A stretch of 32,518 nt of DNA from Macrostomum lignano. Lineage: Eukaryota. Location: contig NIVC01004879.1 of the NCBI GenBank assembly GCA_002269645.1, positions 1 to 32,518 on the forward strand. Reading direction: 5' to 3'. The notes below the pieces were generated by a model. It ran no database searches. It had not been told where the DNA came from and worked only from the letters and a program-made list of their open reading frames with translations. Both the position numbers and the translations under genes were made by a program. This document shows, in pieces, positions 1-10,465 of the stretch; within the stretch, counting starts at the first letter, position 1; every line of letters begins with the position of its first letter.

Positions 1-545
1 GAGCGATGTAAGGTATGGGGCAGCGGCATGATTACATGATATGAGCCATCAATTATAAGGTAATAAAAAAATTACATACAACTATACAACAAGCGACAGT
101 GAAGTTTATTTATAGTAAAAGCAACTTTTATAGTACAATACGGCAGAATCCCTATACAATAAGTGCTTTCGATTGATCAAATGAGGGGGATAGGAGGATT
201 CCCGCCTGATATCGTTGTGAATAGGTTTCCGCAAGTTGGGCAATGAAGAATGGTGCAAAAAAGAGAACTGACTGCCATATATGGAAACGGCCTTCATATG
301 GCACGGCGAAGCGATGGCTATCAATAACCGCGGCTCAGACGCCAGTGACAGGATAGGCTGATGGCAATATCTGTCAGAAATCCCCAGACAAGCGAAAACA
401 AGACAGCGGCTCGAAAATATTTTTAAACTCAGTTCCGCCTGACAACAACAGGGCAACTGACGAATTGGGTTGGATAGGTATGCTGGTAGTTATCTAGTTA
501 CCGTTCGTTATTATTCCAAATTTTAAAACAATTATTAAGAGAAGC

Positions 546-577
546 TTACTGCTCGCTACTCTCAGTAGCAAGAGTAA
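546..577 (-). promoter_or_regulatory. 3' UTR stem-loop with GAG triloop and U-A closing pair (candidate LIN-41/TRIM71 response element)
   Basis: On the mRNA strand the sequence is UUACUCUU-GCUACU-GAG-AGUAGC-GAGCAGUAA. This forms a 14-bp stem with one G-U pair and one bulged C, about 165-195 nt downstream of the stop codon. Confidence 0.35.
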
Positions 578-739
578 AAATGTGCGCCATTTTTTATAAC
601 AAACAAGCAATTTACAGGCCAATAAAAGATAGACAAGTTAAGCTAGTTTAGGCCTTGTGAAATCCCTTTCAAGCCTGGATGTTGGACTAGAATGACAAGC
701 GACACTGCTCTTATCATCGAAGCGGTCCTCGAGTCTTCT

Positions 740-1632
740 CTAGAAGGCGAACTTGAACGGTCCAGCGGGCCCGGCCGCCGCCGCAGCAGCCGCCGCAGCC
801 TGCGCGGTGTGGAACGGGACGCCACCGTGGAAGGCCGTTGAGTAGCCTCCGGCGGCCGCAGCGGCTGCGGCAGCGGCGGCGGCGGCAGCGGCCGCGTGTC
901 CAGTCGGAGGCGAAGAACTCGACGTCGACTGAGACAACGTCGCCTGGTGGTGGTGATGATGGTGGTGAAGGTGCTGGTGAAGCTGCTGCTGCTGCTGCTG
1001 CTGCTGTTGAGGCGGTGGCGGCAGCTGTGGCGGAGGCGGCGGAGGCGGCGGCAGAGGCGAGCGATGTGCGGAAAACTCTGCAGCCTGTTGCTGCTGCTGC
1101 TGCTGAAGCTGCTGAAGCTGCTGATGCTCCGCCTGCCTGGCCTTGTCCCGGTGCTTGGCCAGGTGCTTGCTAAGATAAGTCTCGGAGTTGTAGGCCTTGC
1201 CGCACACCCGGCAGAGCAGCACCCGGCTGTACTTGTTGGTGCTGTGCCTGGCGGCGGCGTGGGTGTCCAGCTCCTCCCTGGAGTCGAAGCACATGTGACA
1301 GGCGTCGCAGCGGTGCGGCTTGTCCTTGGTGTGCTGGCGCTGGTGGCTCTGCAGGTTGCTCATCTGGGTGAAACTTTTGGCGCAGTGCCAGCAGCGGTAG
1401 GGCTTGTCGCCGTGTGAATTCGTTCGTGCTGCTGCACGTGCGACAGCTGGGTGAACCGCTTGTCGCAGTACTTGCAGCCGTACGGCCGCTGTCCGGTGTG
1501 AATGCGGCGGTGCTGGCACAGGTAAGCGGCCGTGGCGAACTGCCTGCCGCAGGTGTCGCACTGGAATGGCCTCGGGTCGGCCTTGTGCACTGAGCTGTTG
1601 TGCAGCAGCAGGTCCTGCTTGTTGAAGCAGAG
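740..1632 (-). CDS. lin-29: Terminal coding exon of a LIN-29/rotund/squeeze (ZNF384/ZNF362-like) C2H2 zinc-finger transcription factor; 1-bp frameshift at ~1410
   Basis: Joining the ORF 1360..1590 frame to the ORF 740..1774 frame gives five complete fingers: CDTC..AYLCQHRRIH, CKYC..FTQLSHVQQHERIH, CWHC..FTQMSNLQSHQRQH, CDAC..HAAARH and CRVCGKAYNSETYLSKHLAKH. The linkers are TGQRPY, (T)GDKPY and TKDKPH. YLxQH, FTQLSH, SNLQSH and TYLxKH match the LIN-29/Rotund finger array as I recall it. A partial finger (LCFNKQDLLLHNSSVH) follows a pyrimidine-rich CAG acceptor at 1635-1633. The C-terminus is rich in Q, P, H, S and A. Upstream exons were not identified. Confidence 0.82.
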
Positions 1633-1824
1633 CTGGTAGCGGAAAGGGGGTTGAGACAGTGCAAGTTGTTGACTTCTTAGGAAATAAAACCAGTGGCTCA
1701 GATTTTATATCAAATATTGGCACCAGGGAAGGGCGGGAAAGGACAGAGGGGTCCAAGAGGGGACAGGAGCTCAACTTTTGCCGCTTCTGATGGACGTCGT
1801 CACGTCAGCATGGCCGGCCTTGCT

Positions 1825-2565
1825 GACAGGGACGCCTACCAAGTGACTGAGGCGTCTACCAAGTGACTGAGGCGTCTACCAAGTGACTGAGGCGTCTAAC
1901 AAGTGACTGAGGCGTCTACCAAGTGACTGAGGCGTCTAACAAGTGACTGAGGCGTCTACCAAGTGACTGAGGCGTCTACCAAGAGACAGGGGCGCCTACC
2001 GAGTGAAAGGGGCGCCTACCGAGTGAAAGGGGCGCCTACCGAGTGAAAGGGGCGCCTACCAAAAGATAGGGTCGCCAAACAAGAGACAGGGGCGCCAAAT
2101 AAGAGACGGGGGCGCTAAATAAGAGACAGGGGCGCCAAAAAAGAGACAGGGGCGCCAAATAAGAGACAGGGGCGCCAAATAAGAGACAGGGGCGCCAAAT
2201 AAGAGACAGGGGCGCCAAATAAGAGACAGGGGCGCCAAATAAGAGACAGGGGCGCCAAAAAAGAGACAGGGGCGCCAAATAAGAGACAGGGGCGCCAAAT
2301 AAGAGACGGGAGCGCCAACCAAGAGACGGGAGCGCCAACCAAGAGACGGGAGCGCCAACCAAGGGACGGGAGCGCCAACCAAGAGACGGGAGCGCCAACC
2401 AAGAGACGGAGCGCCAACCAAGGGACGGGAGCGCCAACCAAGAGACGGGAGCGCCAACCAAGAGACGGAGCGCCAACCAAGAGACGGGAGCGCCTATCAA
2501 GAGACGGGAGCGCCAACCAAGAGACGGAGCGCCAACCAAGAGACGGGAGCGCCTACCAAGAGACC
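1825..2565 (+). repeat. 20-bp minisatellite array A (GAGACAGGGGCGCC-NNNN-AA family), ~37 units in variant blocks
   Basis: Successive blocks read GTGACTGAGGCGTCTACCAA, GTGAAAGGGGCGCCTACCGA, GAGACAGGGGCGCCAAATAA and GAGACGGGAGCGCCAACCAA. Confidence 0.97.
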
Positions 2566-3920
2566 GAATATTGGTGCCCTTTGTGTTGCGGTCCCTCCAA
2601 TAAATTACTGCGTACTACGCCATTTCAGCTGCATCCTAGGGAGGTCATTGAGGTCATTTTCCCTGGATTTGTTCATCAGTAACAACTATTTAACAAAGTT
2701 TCGAAACTGGTCCCAACTATACTACCATGTGAAATGTCAGTCAGTAGTATGCAGCACCAGTTTATTATGTAAATTATAATTATCGCAACCCTAAATAAAC
2801 TACGAATTGCTCCAGTCGCCATGTTAACAATCGCCCCCGGTCCCCTCACCTGGGCGGGGGAGACACCTGGGGACTCCAGGCTTATAGTCGAGCAGGATTT
2901 GAGCTTTTTTTTAATATTCCAAACCGAGCTCCACACTTTATAATGCAAATGAATGAGATGGGTGACGAGCAAGTGGGAACGGCAATATTATATAGCTACC
3001 CATCGGCTCTAATATGTTTTTTCTATCCTCCGAATCCCGCACGGCCAGCTCTAATAATTAAGGGGCCTCCGCCTCGCATTTAGCCTTGGCATCACGTGCG
3101 CGCCCCCCCCCCCCCCCCAGTTGCCTAATTGCCCGCTATGGCGCCGCGGATCGAGCGGAAAAAAACTTTCGTAAAAGAGGGATTCTCGTTCGGCCCTGAG
3201 CAGGGAGAGGGAGATGGGGGAGGAGCGGCCTCGCGCTGCTCCATAAAAAATGCTCGTTGATGTTTTTTCATCCTTAAACCCCCCCCCTCTTAGCTCGCTC
3301 GGATTCCCTCCACGACCCGTCTGCTCCCAATTTGTCCAACGAATTCCGCCCCCTCCCCGCTCACGTCCTCTCCTCCCCTCCCATCGCACGAGTCGCGGCC
3401 GCAACAACACAATGCCACGAACAGAAAAAAGAAAAATGAATGAAAAAACTGACCGAAAAAACTGTCCCCTCTTCCTTCTCAACGCCGCATCATTTTTCCC
3501 ATTTTCACCTTCGACTACTCTTTGCCATGCAGGCCAACCCCCCAGCCCTAATATTTTCTTCCCAATTCCCCTCCCCGGAGCATAAGTTTTGACGTTGCCA
3601 ACGCTGACCGAGGCACGTCCTGAGCGTTCAGAGATGGAGACAATCTTTTTTTCATACCCAGCTTCTCTACTGCATCCGTGCTGCTCTCTCTGAGAAGAAT
3701 TATTTGCAAATCCTTCTTGACTTGATGCTGTATAGAGCACAGAATCGCTAGAATTCATTGCTACCAATGTGAGTCACTGCGTCGGATCAGAATGAGTTTT
3801 CAGGCTATAATAACAATAAATAATATATATTATTAGTAATTTCAAGGGATTTCAAGGGGGGGGGGGCTGTGGGCACCATTCTGCCCATTCCGCGAAATCT
3901 GAACAAACCGTGTCTATTTG

Positions 3921-4106
3921 GGAGGCCGTAGCCCAGTGGTCCAGTGCGGCGCTCTGATGTGCCAGCGGCCCAGGCTCGATTCCAAGTGCAGTCGCATTAA
4001 TTTGGGGCTGAACTGGAATCTCAGCTTGGCTCTGCTCGTGCAATTAACGGCCTTGACGGCTAACCCCAAGACACAGTGAAGTGTAAATGCCTAACGATAA
4101 ATAAAG
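3921..4106 (+). mobile_element. Probable tRNA-derived SINE
   Basis: Pol III A box TAGCCCAGTGG (3929-3939) and B box GGCTCGATTCC (3973-3983, one mismatch to GGTTCGANTCC) are 33 nt apart. The anticodon and T stems do not pair properly. About 120 nt of body follows, ending in ATAAATAAA. The 3' boundary is uncertain. Confidence 0.5.
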
Positions 4107-6504
4107 TTAGGGCCGCTGTACACTCCTGTGTGAGTGTGTGCCTGTGCGTGTGACTGCGTACGTGTCCGCGCGCTTGTGTGCCTGCTCAGGGGAGTCGGCG
4201 GAATGGGCAGCAATGCCTCTCGCCGGTTGTGTGACAATGTCGCTTAAAGTGCGCCAGGGTGCACACAGCAACCCTTTGCCTCTAAATAAACCGGGTCTAT
4301 TTAAACAAATTCAAATCAAGTTTAAGTAAGATCTAACTCGTATCTATAGTAGATCTACGTCAGATCTAAATTCAGAGTCTAATTAAATAAAAGAATGGCT
4401 GAGCTAGATTTTTAATTCGCATCAAAAATGTAAATCCAAAGCTCCCGGGACCGGATACACTGCAGGATTAAAACCAGAATCCGGCTGACACAACAAAAAT
4501 TTAAACAGTTTTGTTTTTTCATTTCGCATCTATTTTCTATGGTGTTTCAGGACTCACTCTCGCAACATTCAAGTTTTTTGTTCATGAAGGGGGGCGTAAT
4601 TCCAATTCTGAGAAATTCCGTTAAATTTGAAAAAACTGACTCCTCGGGGAAGTCGACTCGCAAGCCCATCGGACCGCAACTTCTCCCCAACTTAAATTCT
4701 CTGCAGAAATCAGTTTTTTCCCCTGCTCCGCCGCAACGGCAAGAAATCTTCATTTAATTAGGCCTCAAGCAGGTATCGAACAATAAAAAAACCTGACTTG
4801 CCCCTCCAACTCCCAGCTTCTAACCTGCAGAACTTAATTAGCAACCCCCAAGTCATGCGAGTGGTTTTTTTATAGACTCGGCCATCGCGCTGCTTCCTTA
4901 CTCAAGTTCCTCAGACCAGAAGAAAAAGCCAACTCAAGGAAGCGCGGGGACTGAAATTGTTATCGACTGCCAGCTTCCTCGGTTCCTTCCCTGCAGTCTC
5001 TGTTTCACAGTTGAACACTTGCTGCGCAGGGAACTCACAGAGCCGCTAATGAGACCCGCTGCGGGAGGGAGGCTCCTGATGAAGCTACTATCGGGCACCC
5101 CTTCCGCATGGGTTCCATGACACCGGGGCGGAGCTCATAGCCTAGCAGGGGGGGGGGGGGATTCCGCGCAGAGAAAAAAGAAAGATGAACTCTACATGCA
5201 GCTTTATATGGGGGGGGGGGCTCAGTCAAGAGTTGCAGGCGGCTCCAGCGCGTGAGAAGCCGGAGGATCTGCTGCCAAGAGTGGTGGTGGGAGAAAAAAG
5301 TTCTCCCGAATACGGGAAGACTGTTGAAGGGACGGCCGGAGAGACTCACTGAGAAGGAAGACAGACTTCGGGACGATTTCTTGCTGGTCTGCGACAATTG
5401 CTTTTTATGATTGACACAGGACATACGCTCGTAATACAAGTCCCCATATGGAATATATCATATTTATTTCCACTAAGCTCTTAAGGTAGTGTAACACAGA
5501 TTTTCAGAAATAGAAGTCAGATGGGTTTCTAATCCATTAGTATATGGATTTAGGAGTTCGATGTCCATGGTTACCCAAGCAACAGGGCCGTCATATTATA
5601 GAAATTCTTTGTTGGAGTACATTTGCAACAAAGAATCCTATACATCTCCTACATCTCCAACATCCCCTATTCTCCATCAAAATGACAATATGCCCCATCA
5701 ATACCTGTAAACCAAAGCTTAAATTCTTTTCATAGAGATTTTGTGTTTCAGTTATTTGTTCCGAACGCCTTGAACAATATTTGATGGAGAAATAATTAAC
5801 ATTATGAATACAGCTTAGTTCGTATATAGTTGCTTAGTGGTTTTAGCCTGTCTAGGCATATAAATATGAGGGAATTGAGGGGTGTCCTGTATGTGAATTC
5901 TCTATACAAGCTGTCAAATCGAAATCCCAGCTCACAACCCTTATACCTTAGAGCCATAATATTATAGGGGGGGGGGTCTGATTGATAGCCTCAGGGCTCA
6001 ACAACAGTGCCCTCATAGGGGGGGGAGCTGGTCTCTCTCAAATCTGCGAGACACACACTATTAAACTTGCATTGTGAAAAAGATTTAGAAAAAATATTAT
6101 ATATATATATATCTATCCCTAAGAATCCTGGACCCATTCATTGCCCTGTCATCCTATGAAGCCTGTCATCGACCTTAGCTTCGATTCGGGGCATTGTCAG
6201 GTCAATTGATTTGCTCACGAGCTTTCTAGATTGGTGATTTACAAGCTTGACAGATCAACTGGTCACATCTTGGTTGGGGTTGGGAGCAGTATAGCTGAGA
6301 GCTTTTGCCATAGATAGCAGGACAACTTTGGCAAATAACTGATAACCATCAGTTCAAAGTCTTTTAGGGGGTGGGGTGAGGCCAGTCTTGGCGGGGAGAT
6401 CGTAAATTTTTAAGAATTTTTATTCCAATTTAGAAAATTGATTGTCGGGTTAAACGAAACTAAATTCTATTAGTTATAAGTATAAAATCTCGGAGGCCAC
6501 CCAC

Positions 6505-7030
6505 CTACAGACAGGGACGACTACTAAGAGACAGGGGCGCCCACCAAGAGACAGGGGCGCCCACCAAGAGACAGGGGCGCCCACCAAGAGACAGGGGCGC
6601 CCACCAAGAGACAGGGGCGCTAATCAAGAGACAGGGGCGCCCACCAAAAGACAGGGGCGCCCACCAAGAGACAGGGGCGCTAACCAAGAGACAGGGGCGC
6701 TAATCAAGAGACAGGAGCGCCCACCAAGAGACAGGGGCGCCCACCAAGAGACAGGGGCGCCCACCAAGAGACAGGGGCGCCCACCAAAAGACAGGGGCGC
6801 CCACCAAGAGACAGGGGCGCCCACCAAGAGACAGGGGCGCCCACCAAGAGACAGGGGCGCCCACCAAGAGACAGGGGCGCCCACCAAGAGACAGGGGCGC
6901 CCACCAAGAGACAGGGGCGCCCACCAAGAGACAGGGGCGCCCACCAAGAGACAGGGGCGCCCACCAAGAGACAGGGGCGCCCACCAAGAGACAGGGGCCG
7001 CCGACTAGGACAGGGGCGCCTTACCAAGAC
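6505..7030 (+). repeat. 20-bp minisatellite array B (GAGACAGGGGCGCCCACCAA)n, ~26 units
   Basis: Highly homogeneous tandem 20-mers of the same family and orientation as array A. Confidence 0.97.
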
Positions 7031-8028
7031 ATCTAATATTGTCATCCCTTAGGGTTGCGGCCCCTCCAATTGAAACTGCTGAAAGAACGGTGAAAGAATA
7101 AAGGGAACAATAATTAGAGATAGGTGGTGAAGCAACTTGGTCCCCCATCAAACGAAATCGCAAATAAATATCATAAATAAGCAGAGGGGATACATTTAAT
7201 TTCTCCCAGTCTGTCTCTGCCATCCCACTCCTCAACTGCTCCCCATTCAGAGCACAGATATCTGTTTATTTTGTTCAGCGAGTGTTTGCAGAAATTTGAG
7301 TGTTTGCCTCTGACCCAAAATGCAGTGCTAAGCTAAAGCTACGCATGAGATGCAATCCGCCTCATCACCCATCCTCACGAGCGGCTTGGCCACTTTAATG
7401 AGAGCCGCGGGAGCTGCAGCCGCAGTCTCGCTACAAATTGTTGCAGAGCCGGCTGTTAAAGACGGCTCATCCACCCATCCCAAAAGCAGACGACTCACTG
7501 CATGGAGTGGCAGGTCCTTGTGTGCGGTACCCCTATTATGCCTGCCTGCCTACTTGAAATTTTCAGACAGACAGATGAAGGACAGACGCTGAGCAATGGC
7601 CACTTATTCAGCTCCGCTCATTGCCGGATTATTCCACTGGATGGCAACAAAGCGGCCGGTCGCGTCTCTTCACTTCTGCTTCTGTTTCCGTATTTCTTCA
7701 ATTCAGCAAAATCAGCCTCTGGAGGCTGCAGATTCCCTTTGAGCTGCGCCGCACTATTTTAGGGAGCTGGGGGCTTCGGGATGCAAAAAAAGATGAAGAG
7801 ATGTGAGGATTCTGATGACAGGCGAAAGCTATTGATAGTTCTGACTCATCTATAGGTAAGATAACTTGTGTTCCTGATTTCAGTTTTAAATTATTTTTTG
7901 TCTTTTTGTCAACACTCGTATTGTGAATGAAAAGGATTTACTGTAAAGTATTTGCCCCTCATCCTAAATAAATGAACTAAAAATAGATTCGAAATTAGCT
8001 TAAAATCGAACAAAATAATCTCAACTCA

Positions 8029-9085
8029 CAAGTCCCAAATCCCAAGTCCCAAATCCCAAGTCCCAAATCCCAAGTCCCAAATCCCAAGTCCCAAATCCCA
8101 AGTCCCAAATCCCAAGTCCCAAATCCCAAGTCCCAAATCCCAAGTCCCAAATCCCAAGTCCCAAATCCCAAGTCCCAAATCCCAAGTCCCAAATCCCAAG
8201 TCCCAAATCCCAAGTCCCAAATCCCAAGTCCCAAATCCCAAGTCCCAAATCCCAAGTCCCAAATCCCAAGTCCCAAATCCCAAGTCCCAAATCCCAAGTC
8301 CCAAATCCCAAGTCCCAAATCCCAAGTCCCAAATCCCAAGTCCCAAATCCCAAGTCCCAAATCCCAAGTCCCAAATCCCAAGTCCCAAATCCCAAGTCCC
8401 AAATCCCAAGTCCCAAATCCCAAGTCCCAAATCCCAAGTCCCAAATCCCAAGTCCCAAATCCCAAGTCCCAAATCCCAAGTCCCAAATCCCAAGTCCCAA
8501 ATCCCAAGTCCCAAATCCCAAGTCCCAAATCCCAAGTCCCAAATCCCAAGTCCCAAATCCCAAGTCCCAAATCCCAAGTCCCAAATCCCAAGTCCCAAAT
8601 CCCAAGTCCCAAATCCCAAGTCCCAAATCCCAAGTCCCAAATCCCAAGTCCCAAATCCCAAATCCCAAGTCCCAAATCCCAAGTCCCAAATCCCAAGTCC
8701 CAAATCCCAAGTCCCAAATCCCAAGTCCCAAATCCCAAGTCCCAAATCCCAAGTCCCAAATCTCAAGTCCCAAATCCCAAGTCCCAAATCCCAAGTCCCA
8801 AATCCCAAGTCCCAAATCCCAAGTCCCAAGTCCCAAATCCCAAGTCCCAAATCCCAAGTCCCAAATCCCAAGTCCCAAATCCCAAGTCCCAAATCCCAAG
8901 TCCCAAATCCCAAGTCCCAAATCCCAAGTCCCAAATCCCAAGTCCCAAATCCCAAGTCCCAAATCCCAAGTCCCAAATCTCAAGTCCCAAATCTCAAGTC
9001 CCAAATCCCAAGTCCCAAATCCCAAGTCCCAAATCTCAAGTCCCAAATCCCAAGTCCCAAATCCCAAGTCCCAAATCCCAAGTCC
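8029..9085 (+). repeat. 14-bp tandem repeat (CCCAAGTCCCAAAT)n, ~75 units; GGG-tract rich on the - strand
   Basis: Near-perfect alternating heptamers CCCAAGT/CCCAAAT, with rare CTCAAG variants and two single-heptamer slips. Confidence 0.99.
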
Positions 9086-9590
9086 ATAATTGAAACAGAA
9101 AGCTACAGCTCTCCCAGCCCCTATAATTCCTAATAGAATTAGTCAGTCCCTCATTTACGATTAAGTCCACTCACTAGCCATGCTGTCTGTATGATGATGA
9201 GGTGGTCCCCAACTCCAGCAAGCCTAGAGCCCTTTGCAAAGCGCACGCGCCCCTGTCAATCAAGCTGGCAGACCACGAGCGACCCGCTGCATTGGCTGAG
9301 GCTCAAAAAGTTTTGAAGCTTCCACGCACACTGAAGCATACGGAGTTGTCCTCAATACAGGCTCGGAAAATCCCAGATACTGTCCTATATCGACCCATAT
9401 AAGCTCGGGAAATGCTTCTCATGAAGTCGCAGAGCTGCTTGTTTGTAGCTTTTAAGCTGAACAAGCAGGTGCTCATTCTGATTTCAGCTGCCTAATGATA
9501 GAAGTTGAGTTTACAAATTAAAAACAAAGAAAAAAGTTCTTTCAAACTTTGTCAAACAGAAAAATTCCATAATTTCAATACTTTTTCGAT

Positions 9591-10465
9591 CCCAATTCTT
9601 CCCCAGTCCCAATACTTCCCCAATCCCAAATACTTCCCCAATTGCCAATACTTCCCCAATCCCAAATACTTCCCCAATCCACAATACTTCCCCAATCCCC
9701 AATACTTCCCCAATCCCCAATACTTTCCCAATCCCTAACACTTCCCCAATCCCTAATACATCCCCAATCCCCAATACATCCCCAATCCCAAATACTTTCC
9801 CAATCCCTAACACTTCCCCAATCCCTAATACATCCCCAATCCCCAATACATCCCCAATCCCAAATACTTTCCCAATCCCTAACACTTTCCCAATCCCTAA
9901 TACATCCCCAATCCCCAATACATCCCCAATCCCAAATACTTTCCCAATCCCTAACACTTCCCCAATCCCAAATACTTCCCCAATCCCCAATACATCCCCA
10001 ATCCCAAATACTTCCCCAATTGCCAATACTTCCCCAATCCCTAATACTTCCCCAATCCCCAATACATCCCCAATCCCAAATACTTTCCCAATCCCTAACA
10101 CTTCCCCAATCCCCAATACTTCCCCAATCCCCAATACTTCCCCAATCCCCAATACTTCCCCAATCCCCAATACTTCCCCAGTCCCCATTACTTCCCCAAT
10201 CCCCAATACTTCCCCAATCGCCAATACTTCCCCAATCCCCAATACTTCCCCAGTCCCCAATACTTCCCCAATCCCCAATACTTCCCCAGTCCCCATTACT
10301 TCCCCAATCCCCAATACTTCCCCAATCGCCAATACTTCCCCAATCCCCAATACTTCCCCAGTCCCCAATACTTCCCCAATCCCCAATACTTCCCCAGTCC
10401 CCAATACTTCCCAATCCCCAATACTTCCCCAGTCCCCAATACTTCCCCAGTCCCCAATACTTCCT
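9591..10465 (+). repeat. 18-bp tandem repeat (CCCCAATCCCCAATACTT)n, ~48 units, with 72-bp and 108-bp higher-order repeats
   Basis: Visible 18-nt periodicity. Variant patterns recur at 9787/9859/9931 and at 10181/10289. Confidence 0.97.

Noticed and set aside
838-1664. Overlapping ORFs 838..1173(+), 896..1417(+) and 1170..1664(-)
   Set aside because: Antisense or alternative-frame shadows of the GC-rich, low-complexity zinc-finger exon.
2036-2539. Three - strand ORFs of LVGAPVSW repeats, and similar ones at 6505-7045
   Set aside because: Translations of 20-bp minisatellites that are open in several frames, with no coding signal.
3051-3767. 238-aa - strand ORF as a possible first exon of the zinc-finger gene
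   Set aside because: No recognisable domain and no convincing donor site. The distal part is purine-rich low-complexity sequence.
4330-4385. Short cluster of AGATCTA motifs
   Set aside because: Only 3-4 degenerate units with no interpretable structure.
6226-6345. - strand peptide ICQSCPAIYGKSSQLYCSQPQPRCDQLICQAC, resembling the start of a zinc finger
   Set aside because: Bounded by stops, lacks the His ligands, and no splice sites join it to the exon at 1632.
1825-7030. Regular 20-bp repeats with a GGCGCC palindrome, superficially CRISPR-like
   Set aside because: No unique spacers, no cas genes, and a eukaryotic context.
7736-7748. 13-bp match CCTTTGAGCTGCG to the hairpin arm, as a possible distant subterminal repeat
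   Set aside because: Isolated match with no flanking homology or nearby stem-loop, so it is plausible by chance.
8029-9085. True telomere or interstitial telomeric sequence
   Set aside because: The unit is not TTAGGG or another canonical telomeric repeat I recognise. Kept only as telomere-like.
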